The position numbers and the translations under genes are program-made. DNA of 15,464 nt, from contig RDOE01000075.1 of NCBI GenBank assembly GCA_011364975.1, positions 1-15,464 of the forward strand, given 5' to 3'. Below, one piece after another: positions 1-7,850 of the stretch. Every line of letters starts with the position of its first letter. The stretch's first letter is position 1. The stretch is from Promethearchaeota archaeon. Its GTDB lineage: Archaea; Asgardarchaeota; Lokiarchaeia; Sigyniarchaeales; SOKP01. A model generated the notes under the pieces. It was not told the DNA's origin. It saw only the letters and a program-made list of their open reading frames with translations, and ran no database searches.

Positions 1-111
1 AATAAATTCTATATCAAAATGAACTTATTTGTTTTAATTAAAACCCTCTCAATTGTTAATAAATAATTTTTAATATAAAATTTTAAAAGAAAAATTAATA
101 TTCTTTAAGCA

Positions 112-1851
112 ATGCGCTTTAGATTCAACTTTATAAAAGTCAAAAAACATTATTTTTTGTTAATTTCAACTATCTATTTTATAATAATTATAAGCCTTTT
201 ATATGGCTCAAGAGCAAGTTCATACAATTATTATGAGAGAGTTAAATTTGAATCGTCTGGTGCTTATATTTACGCTAATTTGTTTTATCCTGAAAATAAG
301 TTAACTTTTCAAGATAAACATCCATTTGTTATTTTTACGCATGGATTAGGAAGCCAAAAGGATCTAGACCCTCGCATTCCAATAGAACTTACAAAACGAG
401 GTTTCATTGTGGCTAGTATTGATTATAGGGGTGATGGAGAAAGCACCGGACATTTATTAGATATTAATTATGGAAGTTATCGAAATCGAACGAATGTTCC
501 AGCTATAGCACAGGATTGTTCAAAATTATTAGATGTAATAGAAAAGCACCCTGTATATAATATGATAAATAGTTCCCAAATTGGTATAGTTGGCCATTCT
601 TTAGGTGGAATGGTAGCTTTAATGACTAATGCTTTAGATGAGAGGTTTAGAGTAGCGGTTACTTGGGCAGGTCTAGTAAACTTTTCAGCTAACCTTTTTG
701 GCATTAATGAAAGTAATCCATTCATGAAATTTATCCCAGCAAGAATTATTAATGCTACTAATTCTCAAAATCTATTAGTTATTCATTCGATTTATGATAA
801 TACTGTTCCATATAGAGCAAACGCTTTATTGGCTCAAAAATTAACCAATTGCGAATTATTAAATATTACATATCATATTTTAGGAGGTCCTCATTACTTA
901 TTTACGGATGAAGTGTTGATTAAAACTATTAATTGGTTTGAGGTAAAATTCTTCAACTCAAAAATGATAAATGGTCCAATAAGACTTTCTTATCTTCAGA
1001 CATATGTATTATTATTCATGGCTTTATTTGGGGTTTTTATTACCACTCTAGCTATTATGGTATCATTATCTCATCTTTTTATTATTGAAAAAGAAAGATT
1101 AACTATATCTTCAAACCTCAATAACAATTTAAATAAAACTCATATACTAAAACAATCAATTAAGATATCGCTCTATTTCACAGGTTTTTTAATAATTTGG
1201 ATTCTTTTTTTTACATTAATGGGTATTATTGGTCTAATATTAGCTCCAATCTTCATAATTTTGATATATTTTATTTGGATTCTTGTGAAATATATTATTA
1301 CTGCGGAGGAGAAAAAACAAAGAATCATTTTATATATTGAATCAAAGTTAAAAGATGAGATCAAATCACAATTTAGGAAAAATGTTCTTCTATATTCATT
1401 TGTATCTACTATAATTTTTTTAGGATTATATTTTTCCCTATCACTTTCGTATCCATTTGCATTCTTTTCACCAATAAATGTTATTGATTTTATTCTAACC
1501 TATACAATCTATCCTTTTTATCTTGCAATCGAATTATTCTACAGGAAGGTAGTTTATGAAGATTTGGACTTTATAAAATCTCCAACTACAAAGACAATAA
1601 TTACTGCTTTAATGGGAATTTTAAATATTGGGATTTTAATGATTTTATCTTATAGTTTGTTTTTAATTTCTGCGTTTTATATGACATTTTTAATATTTTT
1701 AGCAGTGATGATAATAAATTCGGTAATTTATGAAAAAACTAATAAATTTAGTTCGGTGTTGATTAGTTCATTTATTATCATTCAAATCTTTTTTGGATCA
1801 GCAGTCTCGGTCATATTTGGGTTTGGATCACTGACTCGGTTAATCATCTAA
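112..1851 (+). CDS. Membrane-anchored alpha/beta-fold serine hydrolase with C-terminal multi-TM domain (degenerate CPBP/CAAX-protease-like)
   Basis: 579 aa. N-terminal hydrophobic anchor, oxyanion motif THGLGS, SIDYRGDGES, nucleophile elbow GHSLGG (Ser163), candidate Asp in YDNTVP and candidate His in GGPHYL. About 8 hydrophobic segments follow residue ~295. Confidence 0.85.
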   Translation: MRFRFNFIKVKKHYFLLISTIYFIIIISLLYGSRASSYNYYERVKFESSGAYIYANLFYPENKLTFQDKHPFVIFTHGLGSQKDLDPRIPIELTKRGFIVASIDYRGDGESTGHLLDINYGSYRNRTNVPAIAQDCSKLLDVIEKHPVYNMINSSQIGIVGHSLGGMVALMTNALDERFRVAVTWAGLVNFSANLFGINESNPFMKFIPARIINATNSQNLLVIHSIYDNTVPYRANALLAQKLTNCELLNITYHILGGPHYLFTDEVLIKTINWFEVKFFNSKMINGPIRLSYLQTYVLLFMALFGVFITTLAIMVSLSHLFIIEKERLTISSNLNNNLNKTHILKQSIKISLYFTGFLIIWILFFTLMGIIGLILAPIFIILIYFIWILVKYIITAEEKKQRIILYIESKLKDEIKSQFRKNVLLYSFVSTIIFLGLYFSLSLSYPFAFFSPINVIDFILTYTIYPFYLAIELFYRKVVYEDLDFIKSPTTKTIITALMGILNIGILMILSYSLFLISAFYMTFLIFLAVMIINSVIYEKTNKFSSVLISSFIIIQIFFGSAVSVIFGFGSLTRLII

Positions 1852-1922
1852 AAGAGTTCCAAATAGTTTTGAAAAAAAAATGGAAAAGATGTTTTAAAAA
1901 AATAAATGCGAAATGAATAAAA

Positions 1923-2036
1923 ATGCACTTTTTAATTGAAGTTAATGCTAATAATGTAATTTTAGGCTTTATTGGAGAAGATAACCTTACATCAACAATC
2001 AAATTCCCAGAAGAGAAAATTTACTTTATAGTATAA
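1923..2036 (+). CDS. Possible 37-aa small ORF or gene remnant (MHFLIEVNANNVILGFIGEDNLTSTIKFPEEKIYFIV)
   Basis: ATG at 1923 to TAA at 2034-2036, inside the longest intergenic gap and directly followed by two T7 tracts. No recognisable motif. Confidence 0.25.
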   Translation: MHFLIEVNANNVILGFIGEDNLTSTIKFPEEKIYFIV

Positions 2037-2037
2037 A

Positions 2038-2057
2038 TTTTTTTCTAATATTTTTTT
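2038..2057 (+). terminator. Putative archaeal-type oligo-T terminator
   Basis: Two T7 runs (2038-2044 and 2051-2057) downstream of the hydrolase gene and small ORF. Confidence 0.35.
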
Positions 2058-2131
2058 AATATTAAAAATAATAGTTATAATAAAAGAAACTAAAGAATAA
2101 ATGATAATTTAGCATTACGGTATAAATCAAG

Positions 2132-3391
2132 ATGGAACAAAAAGTTGATTTTGAATCTTTCTTTAAAAAGGAACGCGTTTTTAAACATGTTGAAGATTTT
2201 AGCTTCCCACGACTGGCAGGTACAGATGGTGAACAAAATGCCGTTAATTTAGTAATCAAAACTTTCAACAATATCGGATTTAAGAAGGACCAAATCGAAT
2301 ATCAAAAATTTGATTTTTCAACCTTTTATTCTGAAGTTTTAATAAAAATCATAGCTTTTATGAGCATAATCATTGTCTCAATAGTTATATTTATTAAATA
2401 TATATACCCTTTTTTCACAATAATAGTGATCTTAATTATAGTTATAGTTTTTCTTTCTATACTTAATGTATTGAAACATCCTGAGAATCAAAAATTTTGG
2501 GAAAAACATTTTGGCAAAGAAATATCATCTACTAATGTTTACATAAAATTAAATGCAAAAGATCAACCCTTTGAAAAAGCAGGAAATATAATTATTTCAG
2601 CGCATTTAGATTCTAAATCCCAAACTTTTAAAACGATTTGGCGAGTAATTTTTTTTACAGTATGGGAATTTGGAGCAATAGGATTGGCAATTCTTTATAT
2701 ATTCTTTTTTATTGATCTTTACTTTAAGGTGATTCAGAATATAATTCTTTTAATTGAATTTGGTATCATAATTACATCTTCCTTAATTATACTCTCGAGT
2801 CTCATGATCTTTTTTATAAAAACGGGAAATAAATCTCCTGGCGCTTTAGATAACGCAAGTGGTATGGCAATAGTATTTGAATTAAGTTCCATTTTTAGAG
2901 TTTCTCCTCTAAATTATTATAATATTTGGTTTTGCCAATTTTCAGCAGAAGAAATAGGTACAATGGGATCAAGGTTATTTCTTGATTCTTATGATAGTCT
3001 TTTTTCCAAAGAACATACGTTTCAAATAAACTTTGATATGATATCTGGGGACAAAAAAAATCAAAATCGAGTTGAGTATGTTAAATCTTATGGAGCATTA
3101 CCTCCAAAAAAGATTTCCGGAACACTTGATTCATTTATCCATCAGGCCGCACACGAAGAAAATTTAAATGTTAAGGGCTTTAAAATCCTTTCCGGGGCTC
3201 ATACTGACAGTATTCCGTTTCATTTAAGAAAGTATGAGAGTGTAGATTTTGCTACATTTAATGCTTCTAAATATTCCCATAGTAAAGAGGATACTCCAGA
3301 TAAGGTTAATTCTGTTATATTACTTAATACGTGTAAACTTGTTGCCAGAATGATTATTAATCTTGATAAGAATTTTAAAATTTGTTGCTAA
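2132..3391 (+). CDS. M28-family zinc metallopeptidase with inserted transmembrane segments
   Basis: 419 aa. Motifs PRLAGTDGE, IISAHLDS, PGALDNASG, FSAEEIGTMGS, INFDMI, HTDSIPF and YSHSKEDT give a full set of M28 metal ligands. Two hydrophobic hairpins lie at ~aa 70-114 and ~aa 170-229. Confidence 0.88.
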   Translation: MEQKVDFESFFKKERVFKHVEDFSFPRLAGTDGEQNAVNLVIKTFNNIGFKKDQIEYQKFDFSTFYSEVLIKIIAFMSIIIVSIVIFIKYIYPFFTIIVILIIVIVFLSILNVLKHPENQKFWEKHFGKEISSTNVYIKLNAKDQPFEKAGNIIISAHLDSKSQTFKTIWRVIFFTVWEFGAIGLAILYIFFFIDLYFKVIQNIILLIEFGIIITSSLIILSSLMIFFIKTGNKSPGALDNASGMAIVFELSSIFRVSPLNYYNIWFCQFSAEEIGTMGSRLFLDSYDSLFSKEHTFQINFDMISGDKKNQNRVEYVKSYGALPPKKISGTLDSFIHQAAHEENLNVKGFKILSGAHTDSIPFHLRKYESVDFATFNASKYSHSKEDTPDKVNSVILLNTCKLVARMIINLDKNFKICC

Positions 3392-3503
3392 GAAAAGGCA
3401 TTTGGCTTTAAATTTTTTAATTAGAAATTAAATCCTTAATTTAGCACTGTTTGATGGTTCTATATCGAATAGGAATAAATACGATGATTATTATGAGATA
3501 TTT

Positions 3504-4268
3504 ATGATTACATGGATTTTAGGAACAATTCTAATAATATTCTGTTTGATTAAAAGATTTAGTAAAGAGGGACGTGTAGAAGGTCAACCTTTGGGAATGC
3601 CCCAAGGAACAGTTAGAGCAATAATAACATTAATGATTGTTGCATTCCCATTTACTTATATCATAATAAATGCTGAAATTCCTTCAGAAATAGTTAATTC
3701 AATATTTATCTTGGTTGCATTTTATTATGAAGCTAGAAAGAGTGAGGATAATAGATTAACACTCATCCATGAAATAAAGAAGCCAGAGAAAGCGGCTGAA
3801 GAGAAAAAAAAGGCAAAAAAACCACTCTACCTGCCAAAATATTCTGTAAGAATATTAATATTGAGCTTATTGGTGATCTTTTTCATAATAGACCAATTTA
3901 GACATATTTCACTGGAATTAACAAACACTTTAATTGATATCTTAATTATTGCTGCTTTGTATTTTATTGGTACGTTCTTTAGTCTAATAGGTGATGCAAT
4001 ACAAAAGAAGAAGTTAAAAAGACAAATTGTAGCGATTCCAAATTTTCAAGATTTATCAAAATATGATATTTCAGAAAAATTGAATGAACAAAAGCGTGGA
4101 AGTGCTATTAATTTTAGCAAAAGCCTATTTTCGATAATAATATTTCTTGCAGTGACATTTGCTTTAGCTCTGTTTACGTTTGATATAGATTATACATTAG
4201 TTTTCAATATATCACTACGTAGAGCTTTATTACTCCTCATTAATATATACTATGGTTTCAGAGATTAG
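3504..4268 (+). CDS. Uncharacterised integral membrane protein with internal repeats
   Basis: 254 aa with 6-7 hydrophobic segments. Repeated motif PLGMPQGTVRA (aa 29) and PLYLPKYSVRI (aa 107). TM pairs end in FYYE, LYFIG and IYYG. Confidence 0.75.
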   Translation: MITWILGTILIIFCLIKRFSKEGRVEGQPLGMPQGTVRAIITLMIVAFPFTYIIINAEIPSEIVNSIFILVAFYYEARKSEDNRLTLIHEIKKPEKAAEEKKKAKKPLYLPKYSVRILILSLLVIFFIIDQFRHISLELTNTLIDILIIAALYFIGTFFSLIGDAIQKKKLKRQIVAIPNFQDLSKYDISEKLNEQKRGSAINFSKSLFSIIIFLAVTFALALFTFDIDYTLVFNISLRRALLLLINIYYGFRD

Positions 4269-4287
4269 TAACTTTAATTTAAAATTA

Positions 4288-4300
4288 TTTTTTATTTTTT
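4288..4300 (+). terminator. Putative oligo-T terminator
   Basis: TTTTTTATTTTTT about 20 nt after the stop of 3504..4268. It could also overlap the promoter of the next gene. Confidence 0.35.
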
Positions 4301-4325
4301 AGTTCTTTCCAATAGATATAAACAT

Positions 4326-5834
4326 ATGATAAATTCAAATAATAATCCAGTAATCATTGGAATAGCACAGCATACTCAGCCAAAAACCGTCTCTAAACCC
4401 CTTGATCCTTTAAGATTGATGCAGAAAACCTCGAAATTAGCTTTAAGGGATACTGAAGTAAAAGAGATAGAAAATTATATTAAATCGATTTATATGGTGA
4501 ATATACGGAGTTGGTCATACGAGGATGCACCTGGAACGTTAGCAGAGCAACTTAAAATTCTACCCAAAAGCAAAATTTATTTACCAGATGGCGGTAATAC
4601 CCCTCAAATGTTAGTCAATCGAGCTGCAAAAGCTATATTCCATGATCAAAATAATCTAATTTTAATAACAGGTGCAGAATCTGGATATTCGGCCTATAGA
4701 AGAGATAAAGAGTTGCTCAAAAAGTATTGGCCAGAAAAAAAAGAACCAAAATATATGGAAGGCAAACTTTGGAATGGTATAAACAATTTTGAAAATGCTT
4801 ATCGGCTTTCTAATCCTCCTTATACTTATGCATTATTTGAGACCGCATTAAGAGCATCTCTAAATAGATCTATTGATAATCATTTGAAGAAGATTGGAGA
4901 ATTATTTGGAAAGTTTTCTGAAATTGCTGCTAAAAATCCTTATGCATGGAATAAAGACTTATTCCAAGCTGATGATATAATAAAAGTTTCTGAGAAAAAT
5001 CGTTTGATTTCGTATCCATATAGCAAACTTATGTGCTCTAACCTCTTTGTTGACCAATCGGCGAGTTTAATTATTACAAGTGAAGCGTTCGCAAGCAAGC
5101 TTAAAGTTCCTAAAAATAAATGGGTCTATCTAATGGGTAGTGCTGATTTTGAAAATATATTTGCGATTTCACAAAGACCAAAATTATATGATTCACCCGC
5201 AGCGAGAGAAGGTGCTAAATTTGCGTTAAACCAAGCAGGATTAAATATTAACCAAATTGATGCATTTGATATATATAGTTGTTTTCCTTCAATTGTACAA
5301 ATAATAAGAAATGAACTTGGAATTAAGGAAGAAGATTCTCGTGATTTAACTATAACAGGAGGTCTTCCGTATTTTGGTGGCCCTTGGAGTAATTATTCAT
5401 TGCATGCGATAATAACCGCTGTTGAAAAAATTCGAAATAATCCTTCATTAAAGATAATGGTAATTGCTAATGGTGGATACAATACCAAACAATCATTTGG
5501 AATTTATGGGAAAAACCATCAAATAAAACCTAGATCTAAAATTGAGGAAGAAAAAATTCAAAAATCAATATTAGAGAAATCTTTACCACCGCCCGTAGAA
5601 CAAGCGAAAGGTTATATCACTGTAAAGGGGTATACGATTCCTTATGAAAGAACCGGAACTGCTATAAAAGGGATAATAATCGGAGAATTAGATGATCATC
5701 GTCGAACTTTAGCCTATGTCGATATCGAACCTAATATCTTACATCTATTAATAAATCAAGAATTTGTTGGAAAGAAGGTTGAAGTTTATTATGATTATAA
5801 AACCAAACATAATAGACTCTTATTAAACCTTTAG
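4326..5834 (+). CDS. Thiolase-like protein, TLP1 type (usually annotated acetyl-CoA acetyltransferase) with extra C-terminal domain
   Basis: 502 aa. Motifs PVIIGIAQ, GGNTPQMLVNRAA, NRLISYPYSKLMCSNLFVDQ, DIYSCFP, LTITGGLPYFGGPWSNYSLHAI and ANGG, plus a ~80-aa beta-rich C-terminal extension (GYTIPYER...RRTLA). Confidence 0.85.
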   Translation: MINSNNNPVIIGIAQHTQPKTVSKPLDPLRLMQKTSKLALRDTEVKEIENYIKSIYMVNIRSWSYEDAPGTLAEQLKILPKSKIYLPDGGNTPQMLVNRAAKAIFHDQNNLILITGAESGYSAYRRDKELLKKYWPEKKEPKYMEGKLWNGINNFENAYRLSNPPYTYALFETALRASLNRSIDNHLKKIGELFGKFSEIAAKNPYAWNKDLFQADDIIKVSEKNRLISYPYSKLMCSNLFVDQSASLIITSEAFASKLKVPKNKWVYLMGSADFENIFAISQRPKLYDSPAAREGAKFALNQAGLNINQIDAFDIYSCFPSIVQIIRNELGIKEEDSRDLTITGGLPYFGGPWSNYSLHAIITAVEKIRNNPSLKIMVIANGGYNTKQSFGIYGKNHQIKPRSKIEEEKIQKSILEKSLPPPVEQAKGYITVKGYTIPYERTGTAIKGIIIGELDDHRRTLAYVDIEPNILHLLINQEFVGKKVEVYYDYKTKHNRLLLNL

Positions 5835-5922
5835 CTTTTTCAAATTTTATTTTATAAAAGAATAAATTTATTATCTTACGATTAATCAATCTACTAAATA
5901 GTAAATGAATATTTAGATTAGC

Positions 5923-7167
5923 ATGAAGTATAGAAAAATGGGTTCCCTTGACTGGGATGTATCTGCTTTAGGTTTTGGAGCGATGCGTTTACCAGTTATA
6001 CCAATCAAAGATGAAAAAACGGGTGAAATGATCTATAAGGTAAATGAAGAAGAAGCAATTAAGATGATCCGTTATGCTATCGATAATGGAGTTAATTATA
6101 TTGATACTGCATACCCATATCACAATGGAGAAAGTGAAGTGGTTGTAGGAAAAGCACTGAAGGATGGATATCGCGAGAAAGTTCATCTTACTACGAAATT
6201 ACCTATGTGGCAAGTAAAAAATACTGAAGATTTTGAAAAGTTTTTAAGTGAACAGATCCAGAGGTTACAAACAAATCCAGATATATACTTGTTTCATGGT
6301 TTAAATAAGTCTCGTCTTGAGAAAATTAAGGAATTACGATTAATTAAAAAAATGGAAGAAGCAAGGGAAGAGGGCTTAATTAAATATATTGGGTTTTCAT
6401 TTCACGATAATGTAGAGGTTTTTAAAGAAATTACTGATTATTATGATTGGGATTGTTGTCAGATACAACATAATTATTTAGACATTAATTATCAAGCGGG
6501 AACAGAAGGTTTACGATATGCGGGAAAAAAGGGTATAGCAGTTATCATTATGGAACCAATTCGTGGAGGTAAATTAGCGATCCCAGAGAATAAACTCGAA
6601 ACGCGTCCAGAAATAAAGAATATTCTTGAAAAATCTCAATCCAAAAGATCTATGCCTGATTGGGCACTTCAATTTTTATGGAATCAACCAGAAGTCTCTG
6701 TTGTGTTGAGTGGAATGAGTACTATGCAACATGTTATTGAGAATGTTGAATCGGCAAATAATTCTGGAATAAAAATTTTAAACGAAGACGAATTAGCTAC
6801 AATTTCAGAACTACGGGAAGCATATGAGAAGTACACATATGTTCCATGTACAAGTTGTGGGTATTGTTTACCATGCCCTAATGATGTTGGTATTCCAGGA
6901 GTTTTGAGACTTCTCAATGAAGTATATTATTGGGGCGAACAAGGAAAACAAAGAATTTCTTATTTCTACAATAATATGGCTAAAACAAAGGAAGAAATCG
7001 AAACTAAACGAGAAAATGGTGATGAATACGAAGGTGCTGCAGTATTATGTGTTCAATGTGGTGAATGTTTAGATAAATGCCCACAACAAATTGAAATCCC
7101 TGAAATGATGTTAAAAGCGAATGCTATTTTTGAAGATAATAAAAAAGTAGTTGACACCCTAGATTAA
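5923..7167 (+). CDS. Aldo/keto reductase with C-terminal 4Fe-4S dicluster domain (COG1453-like)
   Basis: 414 aa. SALGFGAMRLP, GVNYIDTAYPYH, TKLP, YIGFSFH, IMEPIRGG and VVLSGMS, with C-terminal CTSCGYCLPCP and CVQCGECLDKCP. Confidence 0.93.
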   Translation: MKYRKMGSLDWDVSALGFGAMRLPVIPIKDEKTGEMIYKVNEEEAIKMIRYAIDNGVNYIDTAYPYHNGESEVVVGKALKDGYREKVHLTTKLPMWQVKNTEDFEKFLSEQIQRLQTNPDIYLFHGLNKSRLEKIKELRLIKKMEEAREEGLIKYIGFSFHDNVEVFKEITDYYDWDCCQIQHNYLDINYQAGTEGLRYAGKKGIAVIIMEPIRGGKLAIPENKLETRPEIKNILEKSQSKRSMPDWALQFLWNQPEVSVVLSGMSTMQHVIENVESANNSGIKILNEDELATISELREAYEKYTYVPCTSCGYCLPCPNDVGIPGVLRLLNEVYYWGEQGKQRISYFYNNMAKTKEEIETKRENGDEYEGAAVLCVQCGECLDKCPQQIEIPEMMLKANAIFEDNKKVVDTLD

Positions 7168-7171
7168 TAGA

Positions 7172-7369
7172 TTACTTCTTTAATTTTCTTAAACTTTCTT
7201 TCATTTTTTTATAGGCTTCTTTAATACCAGAATCTTCAATGAACTGCTCCAATTTAGTTTTTACTGTAATTTGGGTATTCCGTTGGGAAGATAACAATTC
7301 ATTTCCACAATATTCACAGATAATTTGTCCATTATCGACATATTCCTTTCCACAATTCGGACATTCCAT
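7172..7369 (-). CDS. Small zinc-ribbon protein
   Basis: 65 aa. N-terminal CPNCG...ICEYCGNEL, then a charged, Lys-rich helical tail. It fills a gap convergent to the AKR gene (4 nt between stop codons). Confidence 0.75.
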   Translation of the reverse strand: MECPNCGKEYVDNGQIICEYCGNELLSSQRNTQITVKTKLEQFIEDSGIKEAYKKMKESLRKLKK

Positions 7370-7521
7370 TATTAGAGATCTCTTTGTATTTTTACTTTAA
7401 TTTGAATTAATAATTAGTAAAAATTATTTTTATATTTTAATTTAAAATTTAATAATTTAATTAATAGACTTCTTATGAAAAGATATAGAAATAAGAAATT
7501 CTAAGAATATTTTGAGGTTTT

Positions 7522-7538
7522 GATAATTAGTAATTATC
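7522..7538. promoter_or_regulatory. Perfect 8-1-8 inverted repeat (GATAATTA-G-TAATTATC), possible transcription-factor site or hairpin
   Basis: Directly visible palindrome in the 7370-7580 intergenic region. Function is inferred. Confidence 0.3.
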
Positions 7539-7580
7539 CCATGATTATCGGTTTAAGCTTTTATTTAAGCATTGTTTTAA

Positions 7581-7850
7581 TTATCCATATTGGTAAACAA
7601 TTCCTGTGCCACCCTCAGGATACATAAAATTTATAGCCCCTGGTTCACAGACTTGAGCACAACTCCCACATTCTAAGCATTTAGTCTTATAATCATCAAT
7701 AATAGATGCTACACCATCTTTCACTTTCCAAAGATTTACAATACAAATTATTGCACATTGATTACAACCGTTACATTTAGATTTATCAATGGTTATAAAA
7801 TTACTTGTACTAGGTATATGTTTAGATAATCCCTCTAATTCAATTTTCAT
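7581..7850 (-). CDS. fixX: FixX-like 2x[4Fe-4S] ferredoxin
   Basis: 89 aa. CNGCNQCAIIC and CLECGSCAQVCEP, with C-terminal YPEGGTGIVYQYG matching the FixX-type YPxGGxGVxYxxG tail. Start abuts the upstream stop (TAA-ATG), with SD-like GAGGAGG ~10 nt upstream. Confidence 0.8.
   Translation of the reverse strand: MKIELEGLSKHIPSTSNFITIDKSKCNGCNQCAIICIVNLWKVKDGVASIIDDYKTKCLECGSCAQVCEPGAINFMYPEGGTGIVYQYG

Noticed and set aside
31-44. 14-bp palindrome GTTTTAATTAAAAC upstream of the first gene
   Set aside because: Nearly all A/T, single copy, and upstream context is cut off by the window edge.
477-725. 82-aa minus-strand ORF
   Set aside because: Antisense shadow within the hydrolase gene, with no motifs.
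1173-1364. 63-aa minus-strand ORF
   Set aside because: Antisense to a TM-coding region of the hydrolase; a compositional artefact.
2062-2271. 69-aa minus-strand ORF
   Set aside because: Overlaps the M28 peptidase start on the opposite strand and has a low-complexity F/Y tail from AT-rich spacer DNA.
4266-5834. Possible pyrrolysine readthrough at TAG stops (4266-4268 and 5832-5834)
   Set aside because: The first TAG is followed immediately by TAA. The second opens only a short AT-rich tail, and both proteins appear complete.
5845-5920. Several short palindromes before the AKR gene (TTTTATAAAA, AATAAATTTATT, CTAAATA...TATTTAG)
   Set aside because: Almost all A/T, so expected by chance. No recurring consensus.
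5989-6917. Two minus-strand ORFs (5989-6186 and 6684-6917)
   Set aside because: Both lie wholly inside the well-supported aldo/keto reductase gene.
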